A stretch of DNA of 64,000 nucleotides. Origin: Lama glama. Its lineage: Eukaryota. The position numbers were made by a program, and so were the translations under genes. The notes under the pieces were generated by a model. The model made no database searches and had not been told where the DNA came from. It saw only the letters and a list, made by a program, of their open reading frames with translations. The stretch spans positions 99,016,001 to 99,080,000 of the forward strand of contig CM052817.1 in the NCBI GenBank assembly GCA_028534125.1, given 5' to 3'. Shown one piece after another: positions 24,667 through 38,128 of this stretch. Each line of letters starts with the position of its first letter. Position 1 is the first letter of the stretch.

Positions 24667-24949
24667 TCACATTTTGCTAAGCTTAATTTTAAATTGTGAG
24701 GGAAGAGTTGCATAGCCATATTTTAAGTGAAATACATCACATTGAACACGTAATAATTTGAAGTTAAAAAAGGTCAGTGTACCCATGAAAAATTTTCTTC
24801 AGTATTATACAAATACAATATAATATTACATAAAAAGCAGTTTGTTATATAGGACCCCCCAAATTGAGTACTTTGCTAAAGGTCTTTTCCTAATGGAGGC
24901 AGACTGATACAAATCTACCTAAATCCAAAGATGTCCTTCTCAGGTCCTC

Positions 24950-25650
24950 TAATTTTCTCTTTCTAGGCTATTTTCCCTTTCATTCTGATGCCCCTTTTAG
25001 AAAACATCTGCACTTACATTCTACTTTCTAGAGCATCATGTTCTTTTTCTATTAATGCAGTAGTTCTTCTCTGTCAGGGTATTTATTCTTGTTTTGATTT
25101 TAAAGGCTTCTTCTGCTTTCCAAACTGTCTGTTTATTCTGGTTTCTTTTATTTTCCTGTTTGTTTTAGTCTTTGTCATCTTTCACATTGGAGACTGTCTT
25201 TAAATGTTTGCTAACACCTGGTCGTATCTTCGTTTTGAAGAGCAAGTCACGGGGGAGCTGACTGGGGCACACTGAGCATAAGCAGCGATGTGTATGCGTA
25301 GATGGCATCAAAGGGAAATCAGGTGGGCTCCCAGGAGGATCCCTAAATGTCAGTATTTTTTAGATCTTTTCTCTTGAGCCAGTCAATGTGTCCAAAGAGT
25401 ATCACGCTTTTCTGTCTTACAGGGTGAGGCTGGTATAAGCCTGGCTGCCAGAGTCCTGATAGCATGACAGCAAAGGGGTCTGGGGGCCCTCGCCACTCAG
25501 TACTCAGCGCTTTCCCCTAATCCTCCAGCTTTTCACTCCTTACCTTCATCCCGCCCTCTGTCGTTCTTGCTGTTTCCAAATCGGAAACTTCTCTGGTATA
25601 ATTTCTCCAGAGAGTAAACCTCTTCTTGTGTTTTGTCAAGGTAAAGGCAA
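24950..25650 (-). mobile_element. HAL1 (half-L1)-like remnant
   Basis: gaggatccctaaatgtcagtat...tcttttctcttgagccagtca...ggtataagcctggctgccag resembles HAL1 as recalled. Confidence 0.55.
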
Positions 25651-25759
25651 AACTGTTGGATTTCGGAAAGAAATAGATGGAAATGCAAGTATTCAATCTA
25701 AAATATTCTTTCTGGTTATTCCTAAAGTCTACCAGCTCACTAACAGGGAGAGATATGAG

Positions 25760-25915
25760 ATCAAATTCTCGCCTTAACACTTGGAACATGTACGGCCTTG
25801 GAGAGCTCCTTAATTTCACTACATCTTAGTTTCCTTATGTGTAAAATAAAGATAATAATCCATTCCTTACAGTGTTGTTGAAGGGGTTAAAGAAGAGAGC
25901 ACGTATAGATGTCGG
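25760..25915 (+). mobile_element. MIR
   Basis: tcttagtttccttatgtgtaaaataaagataataat...cttacagtgttgttgaaggggttaaa. Confidence 0.65.
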
Positions 25916-27550
25916 TTAAAGGAACCTACTAGGGCTTCTCTCACAATCCTACAAAAAGATTCTAAACTTCCCAAATATCGTTCTTCTGCTGATTGGACTG
26001 TAAACTCCCCAAGTCCAGAGAATGGAATTTATACCCAAATCCCTGAGATCAATGTGTCATATAACAGTATCCATATTTGATGCCAAGGTTAAAATAGTTT
26101 TAATATATTCTGTCAGCCAATAAAAAATAACCAAGTGTGGGACAATTTTTAATTTCTTTCTCTGCATTTGTTTTTTATTTCAATGCTTTAGGATCCATTA
26201 TTTACCACTGCAATACCATAAGGTTGTTTTATTTTTTTAAGTTGAATTCCTTTGGTTTGACTAAAGCCCAAAAAGAAAAAAAGAAAGCAAAAGTTATAAC
26301 ACCTATCATTTTAAAATAATAATGCCCCTCCTCCCCCAAAAGAGTGTTCCTTTCTCTCTGTGACATCTAGATGGTATATTGATTCCCAGTATATCTGTTA
26401 CAGAGCCCACTAAAAGGGCTGGCATTCGTCAGAAACAGCACTTAAAACTTAAAGAGATAAAGAAGTGCTGTCTGATCAACAACAGTTAAATGTCGGTAGT
26501 CAATTCCAGGTCAAGATGAACGCTGTATATTAAATGTGCATGTTAGGAGAAACATCTCACATATAAAAATACACAACCAAATGGTAGGAGATAAAAAGGA
26601 GACAGGGAGGGAGAAAATCACCTACTTTTGCTTTAAACAAAGAGAGAGAAGGGGGAAATAAATAAGTACATACAAGGACAAACACTAGCAACTCATCAGT
26701 AAGTAGATAAATGCAGGACCGCTTTGTCATTCAGTTCTCTTCGGTTATCTCAGAATTTACTCTTTAGAAACAGTCTGATTCAGACTAGAGCAATGAAAGC
26801 AGCCAGTTTAACAGAGTGTGGATGGTATAGCACTGTAAGATAGGTTACAAACAAACAAACAAAAACCTATGAGGTATTGAGTCCGGGACCAAAATGTAAA
26901 ATTCAGTTTGAAGATCTGATGATGATAAACTTTCCTCAGATTTCTACAAGGCAAGGAAGGAATCAGAAGACAGAGGTGCGGGGTCATTTTCCCCCAAGGT
27001 TTACTTCTCTTATTTCTTAAAATAACAGCTCACGTTGTGCCTGCATTCTAAAGCTGGAAAACACATGATTTTTCTTTTCTCTCTACCTCGAACTCTCTCT
27101 TTCAGTATTTCCCTTCATTTTAAGAATGTGAGCTCTCATAATCATAAAATACTTGATTATACCTTGGCCATTCTTGTTTCCCCCTCCTTCAATCTCCAGC
27201 TTATTTTTCAGTAGGATGGGAACTGAGAATAGTTTATGCTTTCCAATCTCCAGAAACTAAGAGTCCCCGGCACCCACTATTACTCAACGAACGATCAATA
27301 AATGGAAGAACGAATGAACAGTCAAGTGGTGACATCAGGCATTCTCTAGATTTAACCAAACATTCAGCTTTTTCATAGGCTTAGTCAGAAAAGCTTGCGG
27401 CATAACCCGGGACAAACACACCAAGAGTAGGCAATTTGGAAAAGCTTTCCTTTTTCAAGCAGTAGAATGCTGATTGTATTTTACCATGCATTTCAGCATG
27501 AGAGTGAAAGGCAACTTGATAAAATAACATGAAAACAGTATAGCATATTG

Positions 27551-28163
27551 CAGCATTTCCCAAACTTTCTGGGTCAAAATTCATAATAAGAAATATGTAA
27601 CTTTATAAGCTAGAAAGAGAAAGAAAATTACCATATGAGATCACTCATATGTGGAATCTAAACAAACAAACAAAAAAACACAAAGCATAAATACAAAACA
27701 GAAATAGCCTCACAGACACAGAATAAAAACTTGTGGTTGCCAAGGGGACGGGGGGTGGGAAGAGATAGACTGGGATTTCAAAATTGTAGAATACATAAAC
27801 AAGATTATACGGTATAGCACAGGGACAAATACACAAGATCTTATGGTGGCTCACAGAGAAAAAAATGTGACAATGAATATACGTATGTTCACATATAACC
27901 GAAAAATTGTGCTCTACACTGGAATTTGACACAACATTGTAAAATGATTATAAATCAATAAAAAATGTTAAAAAAAAAGAAATATGTCACTTTAAATCAT
28001 AACCTAGTGCCCCTGCACACACACACTCACACACACACACATACTCCTCAAGCAGTAGATCTGTACCTGATGCACACTGGTATTTTCTTTTTTCAATGTA
28101 ATACTATACTATTCTATTCACTTTTTTAAAAGCTAGTTGTGAACTACAGTTTGAAAAACACTG
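27551..28163. mobile_element. hAT-Charlie MITE split by an L1 insertion
   Basis: TIRs cagcatttcccaaact and agtttgaaaaacactg; degenerate 8-bp TSD gcatattg/gcttagtg; internal (CA)n at ~28017-28041. Confidence 0.65.
27606..27976 (+). mobile_element. Young camelid L1 3' UTR, 5'-truncated
   Basis: Homologous to the 10008-10392 copy but a different subfamily; 18-bp TSD aagaaatatgt(a/c)acttta at 27588-27605 and 27977-27994. Confidence 0.9.
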
Positions 28164-28164
28164 G

Positions 28165-28375
28165 CTTAGTGTATAAATTCTAGTCCTGTCCACTCGCTGT
28201 GTGACTTTGTACAACTTGCTTAATCTCATGGTGTCTCAATTTCTGTCTCTGTAAAAGACAGTAATGTTACCTACCAAATAAGGTCTTCGTGAAGGTTAAA
28301 AGAGTTAACACATGTAATATACTTAAATAAGAGCCTTGCTACAGCAAGCCCTCAATAAATATTAGTTAACAATAA
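28165..28375 (+). mobile_element. MIR
   Basis: gctgtgtgactttgtacaacttgcttaatctc...gtctcaatttctgtctctgtaaaa...cctcaataaatattagt. Confidence 0.75.
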
Positions 28376-29841
28376 CAAAGTGGGATGTTCCTACCTTTTG
28401 AAATTTATAACCAGTTTTCATTTGGAAATGAATGTTTATCAATTGCATTTCAATTCAGGAATGACCTGTTTTTTTTTGGAATAATACCTAGGTACATATA
28501 TTAAATATTCCAAAATAACTATGTTGATTAATTAGAAAAAAAATGATTGTACCTGATTACCTTGATTTTCCTCCCTTAGGAAACTAGTTTACACAATTAA
28601 TTTCCTACTAAGGAAAAAAAAATCACAATAGCACAAAAAAATCTTCCTAATCCACAAAGAGGCTCTGGTACTGAATACTCAGCCATCATGATTTGTTTTT
28701 ATGGTATGACATTTTGTAAATGTATTCCTGTCCTAATTATAACTTCTTATAAAGAAAAAAAAAGAGAAAATGTTGATTCTTATCTCTTCCATGGAGGCTG
28801 TCAAAATATAAAAATCAATGTGTATGTGTAAAATATGGATTAATGTCACTCCAAAGTCTATGCATGGTTAGACCTGTCTTCTCATCAGTCAGAATTTTAG
28901 ACGAGTAGTGCAACAACAGGAAAAGTGGAGGAAAAAAATATCAACTTGAAAACTGATCTCTACTTTTTTTTCAGCTTTAAAGAATAAATTAAACCATTAC
29001 GGTAAGTGAGGACTTTCTCAATACAAGAAAATACTAAACTTTCATTGGATTTTCAGATTAAAATAAATCTGATCTTCTCAACAGACTGACAATATTATAT
29101 TGTGATTATTATAAGGAAATGCTGTATATAAACATTAATACCTTCAAGAAGACATGTTTTACATTATCCCATTCAGACTTTTTCTTTTCGAAGAGAATGA
29201 TCAGAAAAATAATACAGAAGAGTGTTGACTATATTAATTTGGCTTCAGAAAGAGAAATCCCAGTGTAACATGAAGAGAGTACCAAGTAAAATTGTAGTTT
29301 TGTATCAAAGCTACTAAAGCTCCTCTGAAAACCAGCTTTGGGGAAATTAAATGCACATAAATATGCATAAATAACTTGATACATTTTAAAGCTAGTCAGG
29401 CTATATTATCTACTTAAGAATGACGATAAGATCTGTTTCCGTTTTAAATTAAGCTTTGCATACAATGTTTTCTTCAATTTCACAAGTTTATTTAAACAAA
29501 TAGTAATGTTTGCTAAACGTGCACTATGGGACAAGTTTCAATATAATTCTATTATAATCATTTTTCATATAGATACAGCTTATGTATGTGATGCATTCCT
29601 AAAAACGTGTATAAACAGATATTTGAAAACAGAATCACACTGTAAACATTATAGCAGACTTTAATACTAACAGGAATGACATACTTCATAAAGGAAACAG
29701 TTTTATACATGCAAAATACAATTTTCAAATATCTGGTATGATTATTTCATTTAAAATAATGTAGTTAATTCTAAACTCAATTATTTTTTAGGTACTAAGG
29801 TTTATTTAATTCTATATACTTGTTATTTTATGCTTCCTTTT

Positions 29842-30098
29842 TTTTTTCATTACAGCCATCCTAATGGGTGTGAAATGGTATCTCATTGTGGTTTTGATAT
29901 GCATTTCCCTAACAATCATTAATGCTGAGCACCTTTCCATGTGCTCATTGGCCATTTGTATAACTTCTTTCGAGAACTGTCTATTCAAGTCCTTTATTCA
30001 TTTTTGGATCAAGTTGTTTGGTGTTTATCGTTGAGTTTTAGGAGTTCTCTATATACTCCAGATACTAATACCTTATCAGATAGGTAACCCTACAAATA
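29842..30098 (-). mobile_element. L1 ORF2 internal fragment with TSD, lacking 3' UTR
   Basis: tacagccatcctaatgggtgtgaaatggtatctcattgtggttttg...ccttatcagata; perfect 12-bp TSD atgcttcctttt at 29830-29841 and 30099-30110. Confidence 0.85.
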
Positions 30099-30596
30099 AT
30101 GCTTCCTTTTCAAACTGAAAACTCTTTTAAAAGTGAAAAAGGAGACAGACAAACTTCTACAATTTCTTAGTTCTTTATACCAGGAACCAGAAATATAGAA
30201 ATTAACACAACTAAATCTTTCTATTCATGATTTCCCTTAATAGGAAACACAGAGAAGAATATGTAAAGTTATAATAAATTATGCAATGTATTATAAAAGA
30301 ACTACACAGAGTACCAGGAAGTACAGAATTTTAGATGAAGGAAAGAGCAACAGCAAAGACACAGGAGGTGAAAGAGAACACAAAGCACTACAGGATCAGG
30401 TGACTGAAGCACAGGCGTGGGCAGAGACAGAAGAGGTGGTAATCACAGAGGCCACGGCCAGTACCTAAACACCACTGTTCGTCATGATGAAAATGTTACC
30501 CTCTGTTTTGACATCACTGATGACTGCTGTGACTGGACTGTGTGAAGAAGCAGATTATATCCTGTGGCTACAGATTAAGAGTTACTCCCAAACATT

Positions 30597-31050
30597 TGTA
30601 ATGTTAACCAAGCCGGGGCAAGAGGGTGGGCCCTGGGATAGGTAAAGAACAGAACACTTTTCCCGCGACAACAGAAAAGTGGAAGTCCTTGGATTCCATG
30701 CAAAGGAAACTGGATCTGCTGAGTGGACTGGTCCCTGCAGAAAGTAGGCAGTGATCCTCAGATCGAGACTGTGAATCACTTAGATCCTTGTACTTCTGCT
30801 ACGATTGGGTACTCAGTAGAACTTTATTTAAATACTTCACTATGGCCCAAAACGGATTTGAACGAGTTAAGAGAAACGACTGTGTATATTCTTGAAATAA
30901 GTCAGCACTAAGAACAAGAAGTCTGATGTTCTGAGAACTTCAGAGTGACCTAGAAGGATGAGGGAGCAACAGTGCTTGAAAGTACAGGCAGGGGACAAGC
31001 ACAAAAAATGTCCAGGTGGGATCTGTGGAGTATATGGACATTCTTCAGGT
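30597..31050 (-). mobile_element. Possible old LTR remnant (family unknown)
   Basis: Starts tgtaatgttaacc (TG/CA end), minus-strand AATAAA at ~30821-30826, raised GC/CpG content. Confidence 0.25.
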
Positions 31051-31139
31051 ACTGCTAGAAATTTCTAAAGTAAGAGCTTTAAGAAAAAGATTAAACAGAT
31101 GGGAGCAAGGACTCAGTACTCCTTATACGTTAAAGGAAG

Positions 31140-32530
31140 TATTATCCTAAATTTAAATCGGCGGAGTCAGTTTCAACTCATGATATATTTCATCTTAAAT
31201 TTTTTCCTAGGTCTCTTTAAAAGGGCCTAGAAATAATGACAAATCTGGTAGCAACAAGCACAATAGACCAAACTGGTTTTTCAGATATTATTACCCTTTA
31301 AAAAGGTTCCCGCTAGGGTTCCCTAAAGAAATAAATGATTCTAGAACTAGACCAGAAAATGTGAGGGTCAAGACAGGAGCACCTTGTTACACCAGAGAGC
31401 ATGGAAGTTTTCAGAGACTAGTAAGATTACATCAAAATGACTCAGGAGTAACTTGAAGAAGCTCCCCATGGTCAAGGGTTCCCCAAGGAACAAGTGATCA
31501 TTAATAAAAATATTAACTGTAGCAGAATGAAACATCAAAAATACTGTAGTCTATGAGTTCATAAAGATATATATTTTTAAATTAGGTTCCATTGGAGAGT
31601 GCTAGGAACCAATTCATTGTTTTAAAAGCTGGCATATAAAAAGAATCATTTATCCTGCCTTTCCAATCTGAGGTACTATTGAAAAACTTAACAGCAGATG
31701 AATGGAAGTGTCTCCTTAGAGAATGATTCCCAATAATAAATGAAATAAAAGTGACAAAATTTAAATATCATGATTTTGCGATGCTTACTAAACTGATGAG
31801 TCCAGGCATTCCGTATCAATGGCTGTTAACATGACAAAAGAAAAGTAAACTAGGTTTACGTGTCCTTTGACAGAAGAATTCAAAAAACTGCCTAAGAGGC
31901 AGTCTTGCCAAAAATACCTAATGTGAATTCTCTGAACCTCTGGAACCACCTACCAATTTATAAGAAATATAGAAGACTTGTTTATACCACAAAGAGGTAA
32001 TAAGTGAAACCCACCGTGTGAGAAAATATACAAGACAGTGTGTTTCTTCAGCTAAAAAATCAGAAAAAATTAAAAACAAAAGAGAAACCTACTTAAAAAG
32101 AGACTTAAGAGATGTATCAGTTGATTGCAATGTGTGGTTCTTCTCTGGATCCTGACTGGAATAAACAAACTAAATAGAATTATAAAAGTTGTAATTCAAT
32201 TGGAAATGTGACACCGACTGGGTATTTGATATAAGAAATTATTGTTAATATTTTAAGTTTGCTAATGGTTTATGGTTGTGCTTTAAATAGAGTTTTCAGA
32301 AGTACACATTGAAATATTAATGAATGGAATGATATGATGTCTGGGACTTATTTCAAAGTAATAAGAGAGAGAGGGAAAGAAAATGAGAGTAAAGATAAAA
32401 TAAGAATAACTATGAGTTGATAATTATTGGAATAGAGTGATTAGTACATGAGAATGAAAATATATTATTATGCCATTTTGTCTACTTCTGTATACGCTTG
32501 AAATTCTCCATAATAAAAAGCTAAAAAGAA
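31140..32530 (+). mobile_element. L1MC-type long 3' end
   Basis: aaagggcctagaaataatgaca...aaaagagacttaagaga...tgatatgatgtctgggact...ttgaaattctccataataaaaag. Confidence 0.8.
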
Positions 32531-32839
32531 AAAAAGAGATATATAACCCTATTTTTTATCACAAAATGATGATTCAGGATATTCTATTTATTGATAATCC
32601 AGGACAGAAAAGGGAAGTTCTTCAAGAATACCTGAAGATATAAGAAAATACTTACATAAAAATCAGTATGTATGTGTATATGTATACATAATGTAATTAT
32701 TCCTTATTGATATGTGATAAATTAGGGCCAATTTTCATTTTGTTATTTACACGTTTTACATTTAAAAATGCAACATACTTAAAATTAATTTATTAGAACT
32801 TGAGGGAAATGTCTTGTATGTTTTGTTAATGACTTCATT

Positions 32840-33300
32840 TCACACATTAATTGAATGGTAGGCCCTGTGCTAGGCAAGGGAGAAATAATGGTGACCAAGA
32901 ACTTTATGGGGCTTAGTGAGGAAATAGGAAGAACCAAAACAAGCAGGTAGAAAAATATGTAAAATGCAGGATATTTTAGGTGCTCTGAAAGAAACAGAGA
33001 GCAGAATATCAGGGAAGGAAGGTGGTCAGGAACGGTCTTCACGAGGAAGTGTTCCTAAAGGACTCACAAGGTAGGGAGACGAACATTAACGACAGAGAAG
33101 GCAAAGCTCTGAGTTGGGCAGGGTGCGTTCTGCATTCGTAAGTCAAGAGGTGTCTAAGCACCGAATTTATACAATTCAAAAGTAGGTTTAAAGGGGGTCC
33201 ATCTTGTTCTAGTGAGGAATGGATCAGAGAAGGGCAAGAGGTGGAGGGTTAGGAGACATGGAGCAGTGAGGGGTGACTTGTCTTTTCAGAGGAGTACGGT
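32840..33300 (-). mobile_element. L2 remnant
   Basis: aggccctgtgctaggcaaggg...gtggtcaggaacggtcttcacgaggaagtg. Confidence 0.5.
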
Positions 33301-33565
33301 GAGACGTTTCCATGATTTTCTTCATATCTTTTACCAAGTGCTAACACCCTTAACAGAGGTAGATACTGTACTATTAAATGTACATGGAGAAAAAAATATA
33401 ACTATTGAGTTTACCATGCGTATTAAATGTTTCAGTTTTAAATGTGAGAATAATTTTTAAAAAGTATATTAAAGTTATAATTATACTAAAATATTTTTAA
33501 ATGAAGTAGAAGAAAGATAATCAAATTTATTTTTATATGCAAGATAGTATTTCTGATGAGTACTA

Positions 33566-33712
<147 letters not shown>

Positions 33713-33774
33713 TTAATTTAGAATAATAAAATGAAATGATAAACATTTGGGAATACACTTTACAAAAATAACAA

Positions 33775-34010
33775 GAACAACAATTTCTGAGTGCTAGACA
33801 TTGTTCCCAGGGCTATCCATTCACTATTTAATTGAATTTTCACAGTAACCCTATGAAGTTATTAGTATCATACTCATTTTACAGATTAAAAAATTTAGGC
33901 ACAAAAGTTTATATAACTTGCCCCAAATTATGCATCTAGTAATGGTCAAACTATGTTCAAATCCAGATACTCTGTACCCACATTAAGTTCTTATAAATTA
34001 TACTTAACTA
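33775..34010 (-). mobile_element. MIR
   Basis: tcacagtaaccctatgaagt...ctcattttacagattaaaaaatttaggcaca...taacttgcccc. Confidence 0.75.
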
Positions 34011-35293
34011 TTTGTATTAGTTGAGTGCGTGCACCAAATTAAATAATCTCTACTAAAAAGTTTAAAAACAGTTTGCAATCATAGAGTTTTTCAAAACCAG
34101 CATCCTTTCTCTGCCATTCATTAGCCAACCAATGAACCAACTAATCAACCAAGGTCAGGTGACTTAACCCCTGTGGGCATTCATCTGTAAAATGACGAGG
34201 CTATTCTAAATAACTCTCAAATTTCTGTGACAGCTTTCAAATTCTATGCTTCTCTGAAAATGATGGACAGCATTCTCAATGTTGCTTACCTCATTCCTAA
34301 ATACTGCCACATACTCTCCTATGTTTCTTCTAAATTAATGACATTCAATGACACATTTAGGTCTATAAAAATATGAATAAAACAAAGGATGAGGTAGCCT
34401 ATCCTGTAGAAACAGCAGTTGTCTGGATACTGCCACTCCAGGGAGGCTGCAGAGTGGATGGCATCACTGTTTCAGGAGTAAAAATGTTGGTTTTTGACTC
34501 CATTTTACTAGCCTATGACATACTTTCATTTGGATTTAACATGAAGAGAATTTTATGGCTAAAATATAAGAAAGACAAGTATAGTAATGTTGCTGGAATT
34601 CCCTTCTTATCGTGTATGATATTCTATTGTCTCCAGTTTTTTCCGGTTCTCAAATACATAGGGATGTCATATAAACATACAGCCAAATATTCCAGTAGCT
34701 CTCCACACAGACCCTTGGTATCTAAGCCTTCACTACAATTAGATGTTTTTAACTTTTTTTTTTTTTTCACTCTATTCATCATGGGCTTCAAGAACAGAGT
34801 TCTTCCTTGACTGACCTGGAAACAGTCCTACAAAACTTAAATAACTAGGACAATTTTAATTCAGAGGTAATGATGTCACTACATATTTCTGTTAATTTTA
34901 ATTTCTGCCAGAAAAAAATTACTGAACTTAACAGCAAAAAGCAGTCTATTTTGTTGCCCTTTTTCTCCTTGATTTTCTTCTTCTGATTGAGATGTTGGTA
35001 AACAGTAAAATCCTCATTCTAAAAAAAAAAGAGTATGCACCTACTCATTGTGAACAGACTTCTACTAATTCAGTTAAATTCAGAATATAGTTACTGAATG
35101 CCTACTGACTGTCTTTTGGGAAATGTGTCGTGATATCATGAGAACCTGTATGTATCACAGACAATACTTTAAAAAAACATTAAATAACAGGAGACTCTAC
35201 CCTAGCTTCTAGTGCATATAAAAACCATCCAAAACAAATGATTGAGTCTTTAAAAAGAATATCCAGGGGATACATTTAAAAGACATTGCAGGC

Positions 35294-35444
35294 AGAGGGG
35301 AGGGTATAGCTCAAGCAGCAGAGTGCATGCTTAGCATGCACGAGGTCCTGGGTTTGAACTCCAGTACCTCCTCCAAAAATAAACAAATAAACCTAGTTAC
35401 CCCTACCCCCCAGCCAAAAAATGAGTCAGTAAATAAAATTTTAA
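35294..35444 (+). mobile_element. Camelid tRNA-Ala-derived SINE (vic-1 type)
   Basis: ggggagggtatagctcaag...gcttagcatgcacgaggtcctgggtttgaactccagtacctcc plus tail; 16-bp TSD aaaagacattg(c/t)aggc at 35278-35293 and 35445-35460 after a ttt|aaaa L1-endonuclease site. Confidence 0.9.
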
Positions 35445-35619
35445 AAAAGACATTGTAGGCTCACTAAAAGCTATTTGAGAGAAGACCATTTCATAAATGC
35501 TTTCCATAATTATCACTGCAATCTACAGGTTAACTGATTTACCACATGTAAAATATGTTCATTTAAACTTGCTATATAGTTTCCTGTCTCTACTACTTAA
35601 AAATCCTTTCAGTCACTAG

Positions 35620-37520
35620 TTATATAACCCCCGCTAAAATCCACGTAACTGTTCAAACTTTCTTCATCCTTTCCCTCAACAGACTGTGAGATGATCATCC
35701 TCCTCACTGATACATCTTAGACTTCCTCAGTGTGAGCCCTGAACTTCCAGTTCTTCTTGATACTCCCTCTTCTCCACGTCTCTAACAGCATCTTTATTCT
35801 CTGCAAGGTGTAACTCTTCTGTCTGAGCTCCTGAACATACCTCCCTCATAACTTGAATTGTTAGGTTTTCCTCTCTCTTCTTCTTTCATGGTTTCTCTCT
35901 TCTGCCTTAACCCATCTCCCTTTACTATTACACAAGAAAGCTGTAATCTGTATCTAATGTTCTCATTTAATCGCCAACCATTCCGGCCTTATAATCAAAC
36001 TTTTTTGCTTGTTTTGAAAATGAACTTCTATAAAGTAACCAGTAAGTTCTAAGATGCCAATGCCAAAAGCATGGCCTGTACTCATTCGTAACTCTCCCCT
36101 ACCTCTCCATCACATTTGGTACAGTGGCCAAGGCCTTTCTCTCCCCCTTTCCCCTTGTGTCTCAATACTTGTTTGCTTTCCCTTAGTCCTCCTCCTCCTA
36201 AGTCTACAACCTCTGGGATCACTCATTTTCTTCTCTCCTTTAATAATTTGCCCTCCTTTTTGTCATGCTCAAGAGCATTCCCCAGACCTTATCTCACTGC
36301 TTCCTGTATCACCTGGCTTGGTATTCTCAGCTCTCCTGGTGATTTCCTCTCCATGCAGGTGGAATTCCATGTCCTACCTCTAAGTTCCATATCCCCTCTT
36401 TTACTTACACTCCAACAATTCCTTTTGATATCTTATCTTGTATGTCTTGCCAGCAACAGTAAAATCATCATCTTTCCATAGATTAATTCTTCCAACTTCT
36501 TTTTCCTTTAATGGCATCACACACACTTCCAGACTAGAAGCCTGGAAGTCTTTTCTGACACTTTCTTCTCATTTACCCCCTACATTCAAGTCAGCTGAAT
36601 GTCAAATGGTTTGTACCTTGTACATTCTTATGTTATCTAATCCTTTGTTTTAATTCCTACTGTCGCCTAATGCAGGCCTTCATTACTTTTTACATATATT
36701 TGCTGCCTAACTTTTGCTCTCTGCCTAGACCCTTTCCATCTCAATTTATACTTCATACTGCTTTCAACTTTACAAACAGTTCTGATATCATTCATTTGTT
36801 CAAAAACTTACAAAACTTTCCCTGTGAATTTATTGCTAACTTTCAAACTGACAGAAAATCTTCCATAAGAAAGTCTCCAGACTACCTTTCTGGTTTTCTT
36901 TTTCATTATACCTTTATGAATATGTATTTTATATGCACACACACACACACACACACATTCCATACCATTAATTGTTCTCTACCTATATTTCATCTCTTGC
37001 AATCTTTAAAAAATTATTTATTTATTTATTTGTTTGTTTTTGTTTTTGAGGGGTGTGAATTAATTAATTGATTGATTGATTTTTTTTTTAGAGGAGGTAC
37101 TGGGGATTGAACCCAGGATCTCGTGCAAGTTAAGCATGCGCTCTGCCACTGAGCTATACCCTCCACCCCTGCTATCTTTGTAAGTTCACTTATGCCTTCA
37201 GTTTTACACAGAATGGCTTCTAATCTCCCAGCCACCTGCTCCGCTAGCTAAAGTAGTATCTATCCTTACACAAACATGACATGTTTCCTGATTTTTGTTA
37301 CTCCAACCAACTGAATGAACGTGATACAACTGCAGCCTCTCTCTGCCCTTCTAATTCTCATGGAACTTTGTATCTCTTATTGAATCTGGAGGTGTCTCTT
37401 GCTCTAGAATCACAGAAATGCTCACATTCATACTTAAAATAATTTCTATGAGAGTAAACAGCATGTCTTATTCTCCTTGTATTTCCTTTGTGCTTCAAAT
37501 ATAAAACATGTCAGCCCATT
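35620..37520 (+). mobile_element. Degenerate L2 region with (CA)n at ~36937-36957 and a nested SINE
   Basis: Pyrimidine-rich L2-like text (ccagactagaagcctggaagtc, caggccttcattactttt, agagtaaacagcatgtcttattctccttgtatttcc). Confidence 0.5.
37008..37167 (-). mobile_element. Camelid tRNA-Ala-derived SINE (vic-1 type)
   Basis: ggaggtactggggattgaacccagga...ccactgagctataccctcc; degenerate TSD cttgcaatcttt/cctgctatcttt. Confidence 0.87.
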
Positions 37521-38128
37521 GAACTGAATCTCAAATGTCTCCCAGTTGTAGTCCTTCCTTTCTTTCTTCTAATTTTCACATATGAAAAGTAATGACACAT
37601 TTCTATTTTTACTTTCTTTCAAAGTGAACAGTTTCCATGGATGATCGTCAGTAATATTACATGATTACAGACCTTGTACAGGACCATTTAGTTTTCAGAT
37701 TTTCACATATGGGCCATAATATAAATATTCCTTTACTTCACATTTTTACCTACAGTTTTCTTTTCTCTATGTTGTATTTCGTTTCATTACATGATATATT
37801 ACTAATTATGTTATTAATAGGTTCTTAAAATTTTAGCTGGTTTTTCATTCCTACTATTCCACAATGAATCCATTCTTCCTATGTTAAATAGTAGTACATT
37901 TTCATTTTATATTTTTTAAAAAGTGTATACCCATTTTTAATTTCTCTCAAGTAGCCAACTGTTCATGTACAACTGTAAACTCTATTATCAAATCAGTCTT
38001 GATAAGGTATTACTGTAGTAATAATGAAAATAAAAACAGCCTATTTATACCAGTACTGAAAAGAATCAAATCATACCACAATGAATAATTTATCATTTGA
38101 AATAAGTCAACATCTGAGCTTAAATTAC

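Noticed and set aside
26429..26475. Hairpin with AAGTGCT (miR-302-type seed) on its 3' arm
   Set aside because: Stem only ~13 bp with a 19-nt A-rich loop; geometry incompatible with a pre-miRNA
30481..30524. C/D snoRNA-like arrangement gtcATGATGA...CTGAtgac with terminal stem
   Set aside because: Only 44 nt, no room for C'/D' boxes, antisense to the host gene, no recognisable rRNA guide
34373..34810. 145-aa ORF on + strand
   Set aside because: No recognisable homology, includes a poly-T-derived Phe run; consistent with a chance ORF
35297..35372. tRNA-Ala(AGC)-like sequences here and at ~936-1008, 1889-1963, 37091-37167, 46511-46586, 58781-58856
   Set aside because: All are diverged, carry a shared AT-rich tail and TSDs: SINE heads, not tRNA genes
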